Part shown: positions 1 to 9,490 of the stretch, one piece after another
How positions within the stretch are numbered: the first letter of the stretch is position 1
Layout of the letters: each line of letters starts with the position of its first letter
Virus record (IMG/VR): IMGVR_UViG_3300025889_000500
Coordinates: 1-33,319 of that record
Direction: 5' to 3' (one strand)
Length of the DNA stretch: 33,319 bases
Source: a virus
Lineage: Duplodnaviria > Caudoviricetes
Translations under genes and position numbers: made by a program
The notes under the pieces: model-generated
What the model saw: only the letters and a program-made list of their open reading frames with translations
What the model was told of the DNA's origin: nothing
Database searches by the model: none

Positions 1-35
1 AAGACTTTGAAAGAAGACTACTAAGGAGGTAGACT

Positions 36-488
36 ATGGGAACAACTACATTTTCTGGTCCTATTAAGGCTGGAACAATTAAAGATACAACTGGAACTAC
101 TTTAGGTTCAGATGTAAAAAACACTGGTCAAGTTGTAATGTGTCAATCACAAGCAGTAACTCAAGCTGATGGTACAACTAATATTGTAATTCCTGCAAAC
201 TCACAAATCGTAGCTATTGAATTATCAGTAGATGTAATTTGGGATGGAGTAGCAAGTACAGCTGGCATTGGTTGGACTGGTGATGCAACTGCATTAACAG
301 CAGCAACTGCTGTAGCAGGTGGAACATTAGGAATAATTTCTGCAACTGCTGGAGCTGATGCAACTAGAGTTAATAACTGGGCTGATGTTGGAACTACTGA
401 CAGAAGAATTCTTGTAACAAGCACAAACACAGGTGCTGGTGAAGGTTTTATAACTGTTAGATATGTTCAAAACAACAATTTAAGTTAA
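36..488 (+). CDS. Putative virion structural protein (head decoration/fibre-like)
   Basis: 150 aa, T/G/A-rich and beta-like; SD AAGGAGGT at 23-30; lies at the start of the structural module. Confidence 0.55.
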   Translation: MGTTTFSGPIKAGTIKDTTGTTLGSDVKNTGQVVMCQSQAVTQADGTTNIVIPANSQIVAIELSVDVIWDGVASTAGIGWTGDATALTAATAVAGGTLGIISATAGADATRVNNWADVGTTDRRILVTSTNTGAGEGFITVRYVQNNNLS

Positions 489-497
489 TATTGAATT

Positions 498-527
498 AAG
501 GGGGTCTTCTTAGAAGACCCTCTTTAT
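498..527 (+). terminator. Rho-independent terminator-like hairpin
   Basis: Stem GGGTCTTC (502-509) / GAAGACCC (513-520), extendable to 498-524 with one G-U pair, followed by a short T run, just after the stop at 488. Confidence 0.65.
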
Positions 528-537
528 AGGAGATATA

Positions 538-1017
538 ATGTTTGAAAAATTAGAGTCAGTAGGAGAAGCTTTTAGAAATTATTTCAAAAAAGATAAAGAA
601 GAAGATAAAAGAAATACCGTTGAAAAAGTTTATGAGTTTGAAGAAGCTAAAGAAAAATATAAACCAACAGAACAACAACAAAAAGTTGGACAAACAGAAG
701 ATTACGGTACTGAAAGTATTAAAGAAATTTTAAAAACTGAATCTGCAAAAAAAGAAGAAGAAGGTAAATCTAAAGATTTAGATGAAAAATTATCTGATAT
801 AGAAAAGGTTTTAGAAAAATTTAGTGAACAAACTCCACTAGGTTCTGGAAGTCAAATGCCATTTGAGGCAACTACTACTATTGATTTAAATAGACCTATA
901 GATTTTAGAAAAGAAACAGCAAAAGAATATGTTAGTCCGGTTATATCACAACCTACTAGCCAAGATGATAGAATTAAGTTACTATATGCAAATTTAAGAA
1001 AACAAGGATTAATTTAA
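538..1017 (+). CDS. Hypothetical charged (E/K-rich) protein
   Basis: 159 aa ORF with SD AGGAG upstream; no recognisable motif. Confidence 0.6.
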   Translation: MFEKLESVGEAFRNYFKKDKEEDKRNTVEKVYEFEEAKEKYKPTEQQQKVGQTEDYGTESIKEILKTESAKKEEEGKSKDLDEKLSDIEKVLEKFSEQTPLGSGSQMPFEATTTIDLNRPIDFRKETAKEYVSPVISQPTSQDDRIKLLYANLRKQGLI

Positions 1018-1027
1018 GGAGGAAAAT

Positions 1028-1363
1028 ATGGCAGGATCGGATATTAAAGTAGTAAGTGCAAATCAAGCTTCTTTATCTAATACAGCTTCTAATGTAGCTA
1101 TAACAGTTACATTGGTAAATGGACCTACAAGACTTAAAGGTTTTATTGCGGAACCTACTTCTACTGCAGGTGTATTAACTTTTAAAGATGGTGGAACTGA
1201 TATATTTGAAATTAACACAGGAAACGTTGATGCAGGAGCATCTACTTTTCAATTAAATCTTCCAGAAGAAGGTGTTAAATTCAATACAAATTGTCAAGTT
1301 TCTGCAACTATTGCAGGTGCTAATGTATCTACTATTCAAGGTGTTACATTATTTCACGCATAA
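1028..1363 (+). CDS. Putative small virion protein
   Basis: 111 aa, beta-rich; SD AAGGAGG; structural context. Confidence 0.5.
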   Translation: MAGSDIKVVSANQASLSNTASNVAITVTLVNGPTRLKGFIAEPTSTAGVLTFKDGGTDIFEINTGNVDAGASTFQLNLPEEGVKFNTNCQVSATIAGANVSTIQGVTLFHA

Positions 1364-1372
1364 GGAATATTT

Positions 1373-2053
1373 ATGGCAACATCAGGAACAGCAACATTTA
1401 ATTTAACAGTTAATGATGTTATACAAGAAGCATATGATAGAATAGGAGGTGATCCTATTTTAGGTTATGATGTAAGATCAGCTAGACGTAGTTTAAATAT
1501 TATGTTTAGTGATTGGGCTAATCGTGGTTATAATCAATGGACAGTTGAATTAAAAGATTTATCATTAACTCAAGGTACTAATACTTATACACTTGATTAT
1601 GATACAATAGATATTATTAATGCAAATATTTTAGATGGAAGCACTGAATATTCAATGACACGTTTAGGTGTTAATGACTATGCTGCTATATCTAATAAAA
1701 CTTCTCAATCTAGACCTACACAATTTTATTTACAAAGATTAAATACTCCTCAAGTTTTAATTTATCCTACACCTGATCAAGCTTATACATTAAGATATTA
1801 TAGAATGAGAAAGATACAAGATATTACAGCTTCTACAGTTAATGGAGTAGAACAAAATATTGATATACCATTTAGAGCTTTTGAATGTATGTGTGCAGGT
1901 CTTGCTTATTATTTATCTAAAAAAAGAACTGGTATAGATCAAGCAACTAGAGCTGAATTAAAATTAGATTATGAACAAGCGTATGAAAGATTAATAGCAG
2001 GAGATGACTCACCATCTACTAGAATATTACCTAGTACGAGTTATTATAATTAA
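1373..2053 (+). CDS. Putative head-tail adaptor / tail tubular protein
   Basis: Helical N-terminus (IQEAYDR...ARRSLN...WANRG) plus RPTQFY...IYPTPDQAY motif typical of podovirus adaptor-type proteins. Confidence 0.6.
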   Translation: MATSGTATFNLTVNDVIQEAYDRIGGDPILGYDVRSARRSLNIMFSDWANRGYNQWTVELKDLSLTQGTNTYTLDYDTIDIINANILDGSTEYSMTRLGVNDYAAISNKTSQSRPTQFYLQRLNTPQVLIYPTPDQAYTLRYYRMRKIQDITASTVNGVEQNIDIPFRAFECMCAGLAYYLSKKRTGIDQATRAELKLDYEQAYERLIAGDDSPSTRILPSTSYYN

Positions 2054-2436
2054 TGGCTAGATTTGCAGATAGAAGTAATAAACCTCATAGAGCACCACAT
2101 ACTAAATTTTCTGGTGGTAAATATGCTTTAGCTATATCTGATCGTTCGGGTTTAGAATTTCCATATAATGAAATGGTATTTGAATGGAATGGAAGTTTCG
2201 TTCATATATCAGAATTTGAAAAAAAACAACCACAACTAGATTTAACATATTTTACAGATGCTGAATCTTTAGAAAATGCTAGACCTCAAGCTAATTTATC
2301 AGCTACAGGAGGTGTTCCAAATCAAATTACTGTAATATATCCTTCTACATCAGGATCTGTTTCTAATGTAGGTGTTGCACAAGCAAGCACAAATTTGTTA
2401 TCAACTGCTGTAGGAAGTGTTACAGTGTCTACATGA
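2053..2436 (+). CDS. Hypothetical phage protein
   Basis: 127 aa, coupled to the upstream gene (TAATG); GKYALAISDRSG..FPY..EWNG motif familiar from marine phage structural modules. Confidence 0.55.
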   Translation: MARFADRSNKPHRAPHTKFSGGKYALAISDRSGLEFPYNEMVFEWNGSFVHISEFEKKQPQLDLTYFTDAESLENARPQANLSATGGVPNQITVIYPSTSGSVSNVGVAQASTNLLSTAVGSVTVST

Positions 2437-3251
2437 TAGATAAAAAAAAATTAGGAGTTATGATCGCAACTCCTTGCTATGGCGGTCAATTAACAGAATC
2501 ATATTTACACGGTATTTTAAACGCAGTAGGTGAAGCGAGTAAAAGAGGAATACAATTACATTTAAATACTATGGGTAATGAAAGTTTAATTACTAGAGCT
2601 AGAAATACTTTGGTAACTCAATTTTTAGATGCTGATAAAAAAGATCCAAATAAATTTTCGCATTTAATGTTTATAGATAGTGATATAGGTTTTGGTGGAG
2701 AAGCTATAATGAGATTATTAGAAAGTGATTATGACGTAGCTTGTGGAATATATCCTAGAAAATCAGTAGATTGGAATACTGTTAAATCTTATGCTGAAAA
2801 AAATGATTTTGAAAATTTAGAACAAAAAGCTTTAGGGTATAATTTAAACTTTGCAAATCCTTTAAATATAGAAGTTAAAAATGGATTTACTGAAGTATTA
2901 GACGCAGCAACTGGCTTTATGTGTATTAAAAAAGAAGTATTTTATAAAATGATTGAAGCTTATCCTAATCTTAAATATACTTCTGATCAAATAATAAATG
3001 GAGAAAGATTTAGTAGTGACAATTGTTATGCATTTTTTGACTGTATTATTGATGAAAAAAGTAATAGATATCTATCAGAAGATTATGCTTTTTGCAGATT
3101 ATGGCAAAAAATCGGTGGAAAGATATATGCTGATCTACATAGTCCTCTTACGCATTATGGTACATATGCATTTAGAGGTCATGTATGGACTAAGTTTAAA
3201 ATTGAAGGAGTAGAGCCAAATGCCAATGACGTACAGCAGCCTAAAGAATGA
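2433..3251 (+). CDS. GT-A fold glycosyltransferase-like protein
   Basis: IATPCYGG, SLITRARN, DxD motif in FIDSDI, ATGFM, LSEDYAFC and terminal H-G motif. Confidence 0.75.
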   Translation: MIDKKKLGVMIATPCYGGQLTESYLHGILNAVGEASKRGIQLHLNTMGNESLITRARNTLVTQFLDADKKDPNKFSHLMFIDSDIGFGGEAIMRLLESDYDVACGIYPRKSVDWNTVKSYAEKNDFENLEQKALGYNLNFANPLNIEVKNGFTEVLDAATGFMCIKKEVFYKMIEAYPNLKYTSDQIINGERFSSDNCYAFFDCIIDEKSNRYLSEDYAFCRLWQKIGGKIYADLHSPLTHYGTYAFRGHVWTKFKIEGVEPNANDVQQPKE

Positions 3252-3882
3252 TATTCAAGTATGGGCTGAAAATACAGGAACTGATTTTACAGCACAATTA
3301 GATACTTTTATTGGTAATACTCAACAAAAATTATCTAGAGAAATTGATCCTACTGGATTTAATCAAAATGTAACTTCATCTACTTCTATAGGAGATAGAT
3401 TTATAACTCTTCCATCAGCAATTGAACCTATGCTTTTAAATTATTTAAATATAATAGATAGCTCAAGTAATAGAGTATTTTTAGAAATTAAACCATTAGA
3501 ATATTTACAAGAATATTGGCCTGATGCTTCTTTAACTGGTCAACCTAGATATTTTGCTAATTTTGATGATACTACATTATATTTAGCTCCAACACCAGAT
3601 GCTATATATACTATGGAATTAGGTTATCAAGGAAGAATTAATCCATTATCTAATACTAACACTACTAATTGGTATACTGAAAACGCTTCTGATGCTTTAT
3701 TATATGGTTGTTTATCTGAAGCAAATCTCTTTACAAAGAACATGGAAGACTATAATATATATAAACAAAAGTATGTCGAAAGTGTGGCTGCTATTAATAA
3801 CGAAGCTCGTAGAAACAGAAGAACTGACTACAAGTTTCCAGGTAGTCCACTAGGCGAAAACACATTAACTGGAGGACAATAA
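3220..3882 (+). CDS. Putative head-tail adaptor protein (paralogue of 1373-2053)
   Basis: GQPRYF...LAPTPDAIYTMELGY and LLYGCL.EA motifs. Confidence 0.6.
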   Translation: MPMTYSSLKNDIQVWAENTGTDFTAQLDTFIGNTQQKLSREIDPTGFNQNVTSSTSIGDRFITLPSAIEPMLLNYLNIIDSSSNRVFLEIKPLEYLQEYWPDASLTGQPRYFANFDDTTLYLAPTPDAIYTMELGYQGRINPLSNTNTTNWYTENASDALLYGCLSEANLFTKNMEDYNIYKQKYVESVAAINNEARRNRRTDYKFPGSPLGENTLTGGQ

Positions 3883-3884
3883 AT

Positions 3885-4310
3885 ATGGCAATAGAACAAG
3901 CGATAACAGTGTCGTTTAAGCAAGACTTAATGTCGCCTGGCGGAAACTTAGAAGCTCAGACATTAAAATGCGCACTTTACGACAACACTGCAACTTTAGA
4001 CCAAAATACTGCTGCGTATATTACTGCAAATGAAATATCAGATAGCGGTACTAATTACACAACTGGTGGTGCAACACTTACAAATGTTACTATCACTACT
4101 GATGGAACAACTGCAATTTTTGATGCTGATAACGTTACTTTTGCAAACGCAACTATTTCAGCTCAAGCTGCATTAATTTACAATGCAAATAATGCAAATT
4201 CATCAATCGCTGTATTAGATTTTGGTGGAGTTAAAACATCTACCAACGGTACATTTGAGTTACAGTTTCCTAACGCTGACGCTACTAACGGTTTAATCAG
4301 AATAGCATAA
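3885..4310 (+). CDS. Putative tail / tail-fibre-associated structural protein
   Basis: SFKQ.L...KCALY...NE.SG..Y..GG..L...DFGG.K pattern common in marine phage tail modules. Confidence 0.55.
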   Translation: MAIEQAITVSFKQDLMSPGGNLEAQTLKCALYDNTATLDQNTAAYITANEISDSGTNYTTGGATLTNVTITTDGTTAIFDADNVTFANATISAQAALIYNANNANSSIAVLDFGGVKTSTNGTFELQFPNADATNGLIRIA

Positions 4311-4324
4311 GGAGATAAATCCTT

Positions 4325-5308
4325 ATGACTGCTATAGTAGGTTGGAGCAGATTTGAATATAATACAGGTGCATGGAGTACCTCTCCTGACGCTTTAGCAG
4401 TTATTAATGGTATTTCCTCAAACACATTATTAAATAATGCTGTTATAACTGCTTCAGCTCCGTTTAGTATAAACGGATTACTTGCTAATATTGATGCAGG
4501 ACAAGTTAATGCTGGATCATCTGTTTTTTTAGAAACTGGATCTTTTCAAGCTAACACTTTTTCAGGAACTGTTTCTACAGGAGAAGGAAGAGAAGTTACT
4601 ATTTCAACTGCTGGTGAACTTACAGTAGATTTAAATTTAGGTTTTGGTTGGGGAAGAGAAGAATGGAATGTAGGAGCTTGGAACGAAAGTTTAGGTTTTG
4701 TATTTACTGGTAATGGTAATGTATTTGCAACAACTACAGCAGGAGAATTAACTACTACTGCTAATAATATAACTGTTACTGGTACTGCTTCTACTACTAT
4801 TAGTGGTGAACAATTAAATATTTCTCAAGGTGAAGAAACTGTAACAGGTACAGCACCTGTAATCATAACTGGAGAAGAATTATTATCTGCAACTGTTAAT
4901 ACTTTTGCTGTAGCTGCAGGTGGAGCTATAACTATTAATACTCCTACTTTAGAAGCTAATGTAGAACTTAATAATGATGGTATAGTTGTAGGTCTAGCTA
5001 CTTTCTTAAATGTAATTGGATTACCTTTATTATCTGCTAATTTAGGAATAGTTACAACTACTTCTGAAAATATAATACCTATTACTGGAGAAGAATTAAC
5101 AACTACAGCTAATACAATTACTTTAAGTACTGATCAAATATTATCTATGACTGGTAATGGAGTAACTATTACTTTAGCTGATATAGTGCCTAGTTCTGAG
5201 AACTTTATATCTATTCAGGGAAATAGAGCAAATACTAATGTAACAAGTTTAAAATTTTGGGACCCAATTAAAGGTAATATTACCGAAAATTGGACTAATA
5301 TTCACTAG
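4325..5308 (+). CDS. Putative tail/fibre protein with internal repeats
   Basis: T/N/G-rich; repeated GEL/GEEL units and two GW.R.E(Y/W)N.GAW motifs; SD AAGGAG. Confidence 0.55.
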   Translation: MTAIVGWSRFEYNTGAWSTSPDALAVINGISSNTLLNNAVITASAPFSINGLLANIDAGQVNAGSSVFLETGSFQANTFSGTVSTGEGREVTISTAGELTVDLNLGFGWGREEWNVGAWNESLGFVFTGNGNVFATTTAGELTTTANNITVTGTASTTISGEQLNISQGEETVTGTAPVIITGEELLSATVNTFAVAAGGAITINTPTLEANVELNNDGIVVGLATFLNVIGLPLLSANLGIVTTTSENIIPITGEELTTTANTITLSTDQILSMTGNGVTITLADIVPSSENFISIQGNRANTNVTSLKFWDPIKGNITENWTNIH

Positions 5309-5332
5309 ACAAATAATGAGAAATATATATTA

Positions 5333-5361
5333 TTTACATTATTTAAAATATGGAGTATAAA
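5333..5361 (+). promoter_or_regulatory. Candidate sigma70-type promoter
   Basis: TTTACA (5333-5338) -17 nt- TATAAA (5356-5361) in the 58-nt intergenic gap; an alternative TAGACA-16-TATTAT lies at 5306-5333. Confidence 0.4.
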
Positions 5362-5366
5362 AAATT

Positions 5367-6419
5367 ATGCCATCAAGTTTTACATCGAGATTAAAATTAG
5401 AGAGACAAGCTTCTGGAGAAAATTCGGGAACTTGGGGTAATCTTGTAAATTATGTTTTTAATAGAATTGATTCATCAGTAAAAGGTTATCAATCAGTTAG
5501 TGTTGCGGGTTCTTCTAATGTTACTTTAACTTCAAATGTTTCTACATCTAATACAGATGATTCTTCAACAGATGACCAAGTACATAATGCTGTATTAGAA
5601 TTTACAGGTGCTCTTACAGGAGACATTCATGTTTTTACTGATGCTGTAGAAACTAAATATATTGTATTTAATAATACAACTGGTTCACAAACTTTAACTT
5701 TTGGTCCAACTGGCGGAACTGGTGTAACTCTTAAACAAGGTGCTAAAACTATAGTATATACAGATGGAACTACTATGGTTGATGTAATGGCTGATCTAGG
5801 TGATATAGCTATGACATCTGTAACTTCTTCAGGAAATGTTGCGGGTACAAATATAAATGGTTCAGCAGTTATTTCAACTGGAAATGTTTCTGGAACTAAT
5901 TTGATTGCAACATCGGATACAGTAGATATTCAAGGATCTTCTCCTGCAATTATTGCAACAAATGGAACTAATACAGATTTAACACTAACACCAAACGGAT
6001 ATGGTTTAGTAACTTTTAATGGTGGTGGTAAAATTCAACAATTAGCTGAAAAAGTAAATACTTCAGCAACAGCTGCAACAGGAACAATTAATTTTGATGC
6101 AATTGATGGAGCTATTCAAAACTTTACTTCTAATGCTTCTGCTAATTGGACATTTAATTTAAGAGGTAATTCTACAGTTACTTTAGATAGTTTATTAGAT
6201 ACAGGTGAAAGTATAACAGTTGCTCATGTTGTTCCTCAAGGAGCAACTCCTTATTACGCAAATGTAATTCAAATTGATGGTTCAGCTGTAACTCCAAAAT
6301 GGCAAGGAGGAGCACCTACCGCAGGAACTGCAGATAGTACAGATAGTTATACTTATACTGCAATTAAAACTGCAGCTAATACTTATACTGTATTAGCTTC
6401 ATTAACTGCATTTGAATAG
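5367..6419 (+). CDS. Tail fibre / spike-like protein
   Basis: N-terminal L.LE..A.GE..GTWG anchor motif; C-terminal W.GG.APT....D.Y.Y domain; S/T/G-rich. Confidence 0.65.
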   Translation: MPSSFTSRLKLERQASGENSGTWGNLVNYVFNRIDSSVKGYQSVSVAGSSNVTLTSNVSTSNTDDSSTDDQVHNAVLEFTGALTGDIHVFTDAVETKYIVFNNTTGSQTLTFGPTGGTGVTLKQGAKTIVYTDGTTMVDVMADLGDIAMTSVTSSGNVAGTNINGSAVISTGNVSGTNLIATSDTVDIQGSSPAIIATNGTNTDLTLTPNGYGLVTFNGGGKIQQLAEKVNTSATAATGTINFDAIDGAIQNFTSNASANWTFNLRGNSTVTLDSLLDTGESITVAHVVPQGATPYYANVIQIDGSAVTPKWQGGAPTAGTADSTDSYTYTAIKTAANTYTVLASLTAFE

Positions 6420-6431
6420 AAAGGAGTTTAA

Positions 6432-7229
6432 ATGCCAATAATTAGTACATTTGGAGCAGGTTCAGCAAAAGGATATGGACGTGGTGCTGCAGGAGCTAAA
6501 TTTATTGAAGCTACTGGTGGAACAGTAAGCGAAGATGGAGATTTTAAAATTCATAAATTTACAGGACCAGGCACTTTCACAGTTACATCTGCGGGAAATG
6601 ATCTTGGTTCAAATACAGTAGAATATTTAGTTGTTGCTGGTGGAGCTGGAGGCGGTTATGGAAACGGTGGCGGCGGCGGAGGCGGTGCCGGAGGATTTAG
6701 AACAGCTACTGGACTTTCAGTTTCAGAAACAGCTTATCCAATAGAAGTTGGAGGAGGTGGCGGACCAAATAGTGGAACAGGATCACCTTCAACAGCTATA
6801 GGAATAGAATCAGCTCGTGGAGGAAAAGGCGGTGCAACACCTGCGGGACCTTCTGGTGGACCTGGCGGATCTGCTGGAGGTGGAGGATATCCAGGCGGAG
6901 GTGGTGGAACAGGCAATCAACCTCCTGTTAGTCCTCCTCAAGGAAATCCTGGAGGAAATGCTTCTGGTGCAAATGGCGGAGGAGGCGGCGGAGCTGGAGG
7001 ATCAGGATCTCCCTCACGACCTGGAGGACCAGGTACAGCTTCTTCGATAACTGGATCACCTGTAACATATTCAACAGGTGGACTTGGTGGAGTTAATTCA
7101 TCCGGTCCTGGATCTTCTGGCGGTGCAAATACTGGAAATGGAGGAGGTGGTGGTAACGGTGGTCTTTCTCCTGGAGGATCAGGTGGACCAGGTATAGTTG
7201 TTATAAAATATCAATTTCAAGCTTCTTAA
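6432..7229 (+). CDS. Glycine-rich domain virion protein
   Basis: ATGG..IHKFT..G.F, EYLVVAGG.GGG, GGGGAGG and GG.GIVVIKY signatures; long G/P-rich core; SD AAGGAG. Confidence 0.75.
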   Translation: MPIISTFGAGSAKGYGRGAAGAKFIEATGGTVSEDGDFKIHKFTGPGTFTVTSAGNDLGSNTVEYLVVAGGAGGGYGNGGGGGGGAGGFRTATGLSVSETAYPIEVGGGGGPNSGTGSPSTAIGIESARGGKGGATPAGPSGGPGGSAGGGGYPGGGGGTGNQPPVSPPQGNPGGNASGANGGGGGGAGGSGSPSRPGGPGTASSITGSPVTYSTGGLGGVNSSGPGSSGGANTGNGGGGGNGGLSPGGSGGPGIVVIKYQFQAS

Positions 7230-7233
7230 AATT

Positions 7234-7701
7234 ATGGCACATTTTGCAAAAATAAATGAAAATAACGAAGTTTTAAAAGTTTTAACTATAGATAATAAAG
7301 ACGTTCTTAATTCTAATCAAGTAGAAGAAGAATTAATAGGTCAACAATATTTAGAAACTCATAATAATTGGCCAGCACACCTTTGGATTCAAACTTCTTA
7401 TAATACATATGAAAATACTCATAGAAATAATGGAACACCTTTTAGAGGAAATTATGCATGTATAGGTCATACTTGGGATGAAGATAATCAAATTTTTTGG
7501 GCGCCTCAACCATATTCTTCATGGATAAAAGATATTTCTACAGCATCTTGGAAATCTCCAATTGGAGATGCTCCTGCAATGCCTGAAGAACAAGCTTTAC
7601 AAAACGAAGCTAAAACTCATTTATGGTATTACAATTGGAATGAAGATGCATATCAATCAGATAATACACAAGGTTGGGAATTAATAAACGGTTTAGCATA
7701 A
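7234..7701 (+). CDS. Conserved phage protein, usual partner of Gly-rich proteins
   Basis: MAHFAK, WIQTSYN, FRGNYA.IG, PQPY.SW and W.SP motifs. Confidence 0.6.
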   Translation: MAHFAKINENNEVLKVLTIDNKDVLNSNQVEEELIGQQYLETHNNWPAHLWIQTSYNTYENTHRNNGTPFRGNYACIGHTWDEDNQIFWAPQPYSSWIKDISTASWKSPIGDAPAMPEEQALQNEAKTHLWYYNWNEDAYQSDNTQGWELINGLA

Positions 7702-7751
7702 TTTAAAATTTTTGTATAAATATTAATTATTATTTTATACAGATAATAATT

Positions 7752-8252
7752 ATGGAAAAAAACATTTTATCAGAACAAGCCATATATTATGGTAATGTTT
7801 TAATGCCAAAAGGTTTTGAAATTGATCTTAATCAATTAAGAGCTGATATTTTACAATCAGAAATTGAAAAAAAAGATATAAAATTTTCTAAAAATTTTGA
7901 TAAATTAAATACTTTTATTAAAGATCACGTTTGTTTAAAATACGACATTAATTTAATCTATAAATCTACTTGGGGAAATTTTTATCAACCTCACACAATT
8001 ACAGAACCTTTATTACAAGTAAATCCTGTTGATTTAAAACATTCACCTGATTTTGTACTATTGTATGGCGTACAAGTTAAAAACTGTTTTATTAAAATTT
8101 ATTACGATGATAACAGAAGAAAAGGAAGAAGTTGGGAAATAGAATTATTAAATAATATGTTTATAATGTTTCCATCTACAAACATGTACACTATTAGTAA
8201 TAATACAGATAATTTAAATATCGTTAACACAATAGCATACGAATATGTTTAA
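7752..8252 (+). CDS. Degenerate 2OG-Fe(II) oxygenase-like protein
   Basis: DSBH-like pattern (WGNFY, FIMFPS), but no HxD/H and no distal His; first gene of the oxygenase array. Confidence 0.45.
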   Translation: MEKNILSEQAIYYGNVLMPKGFEIDLNQLRADILQSEIEKKDIKFSKNFDKLNTFIKDHVCLKYDINLIYKSTWGNFYQPHTITEPLLQVNPVDLKHSPDFVLLYGVQVKNCFIKIYYDDNRRKGRSWEIELLNNMFIMFPSTNMYTISNNTDNLNIVNTIAYEYV

Positions 8253-8860
8253 TGAAAACTATTAGACCTAGAAAAAATTGGAAATTTAATCCTCAAAATA
8301 TAACTGTATTAGATAATTTTTTTACTGATGAATGTCTTAAAATATTAAGATATAGAGTTCTTTATGGAAAATATTTTGATCAAAAATATGATGGTTATTT
8401 AGCTATTGATTATTTTAAAAATCAAGATTATTTAACTGATTTAATTGTTAAAGAATTAAATAAAAAAATAAAATTACCTCCTTTTCAAAGAGCTTGGAGT
8501 TTTGTTTACAACTATGAAACTAAAGGAGTTAATATTCATTGTGATCCTTCATTAATAAATTTGAATGTTTGGGTATCATCTGATAAAGGTATTAAAGATA
8601 AATCTAAAAATGGATTAAATATTTATAAAATAAAACCACCTAAAAATTGGACAAGAAATGAATGGAATAGTAATTTTACTAAATCATTAAATTATATTAA
8701 ATTAAAAAAAATAAAGCCAATTAAAATTGAATATAAAAGTAATAGGGCTGTTTTTTTTGATGGAGCTTATTTTCATAATTCAAATAATGTATCTATGAAA
8801 AAAAATTTTGAAAATAAAAGAGTAAGTTATACAATGTTATTTGGATCGCAATTACAATGA
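8252..8860 (+). CDS. 2OG-Fe(II) oxygenase superfamily protein
   Basis: IHCD, NLNVW, NRAVFFD..YFH and distal R.S (KRVSY). Confidence 0.75.
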   Translation: MKTIRPRKNWKFNPQNITVLDNFFTDECLKILRYRVLYGKYFDQKYDGYLAIDYFKNQDYLTDLIVKELNKKIKLPPFQRAWSFVYNYETKGVNIHCDPSLINLNVWVSSDKGIKDKSKNGLNIYKIKPPKNWTRNEWNSNFTKSLNYIKLKKIKPIKIEYKSNRAVFFDGAYFHNSNNVSMKKNFENKRVSYTMLFGSQLQ

Positions 8861-9489
8861 ATTTATATAACTACTATTGGTATTTTGAATCTGCTTTAAC
8901 ACCTAGATTTTGTGATGATGTAATTAAATATGGATTATCTCATTCTGAAAGTTTAGGAGTAATAGGTCCATATGATTCTAAAAAATTAACTTCTAAAGAT
9001 ATAAAAGATATAAAAAAGAAAAGAAACTCAGATTTAGTGTGGCTAACAGATAATTGGATTTATAAAGAATTACATCCTTATATTCATATAGCAAATAAAA
9101 ATGCAGGTTGGAATTTTCAGTGGGATAGAACAGAAGCTTGTCAATTTACAAAATATAAACTAAATCAATTTTATGATTGGCATTGTGATTCTTGGGATAG
9201 ACCTTATCAACGAGATAATGTTAATCATCCCGAACATGGTAAAATAAGAAAACTTTCAATAACTTGTCAATTAACAGATGGTTCAGAATATGAAGGAGGC
9301 GAATTAGAATTTGATTTTAGAAATTATTATCCAAGTAATAATGAAAAAAAAATTATAAAGTGTAAAGAAATATTACCTAAAGGTTCTATTATTGTATTTC
9401 CATCGTTTGTATGGCATAGAGTTAAACCAGTAACAAAAGGAGTAAGGTATTCATTAGTGACATGGAACTTAGGATACCCATTTAAATAA
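8857..9489 (+). CDS. 2OG-Fe(II) oxygenase, prolyl-4-hydroxylase/PKHD-like
   Basis: YDWHCD, RKLS, YEGGELEF, FPSFVWHRV.PVTKG.RYSLV.W. Confidence 0.88.
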   Translation: MNLYNYYWYFESALTPRFCDDVIKYGLSHSESLGVIGPYDSKKLTSKDIKDIKKKRNSDLVWLTDNWIYKELHPYIHIANKNAGWNFQWDRTEACQFTKYKLNQFYDWHCDSWDRPYQRDNVNHPEHGKIRKLSITCQLTDGSEYEGGELEFDFRNYYPSNNEKKIIKCKEILPKGSIIVFPSFVWHRVKPVTKGVRYSLVTWNLGYPFK

Positions 9490-9490
9490 T

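Noticed and set aside
1-35. AGACT repeated three times upstream of the first gene
   Set aside because: Too short and cut by the window edge; cannot support an ncRNA or operator call
161-430. Minus-strand 89-aa ORF
   Set aside because: Antisense shadow of the 36-488 gene
2998-3213. Alternate-frame 71-aa ORF
   Set aside because: Nested in the glycosyltransferase, with composition typical of an off-frame read
6734-7050. Pro-rich minus ORF and alternate-frame plus ORF; local high GC resembling a repeat or foreign insert
   Set aside because: Explained by the GGN codons of the Gly-rich protein; not strict collagen Gly-X-Y and not a tandem repeat
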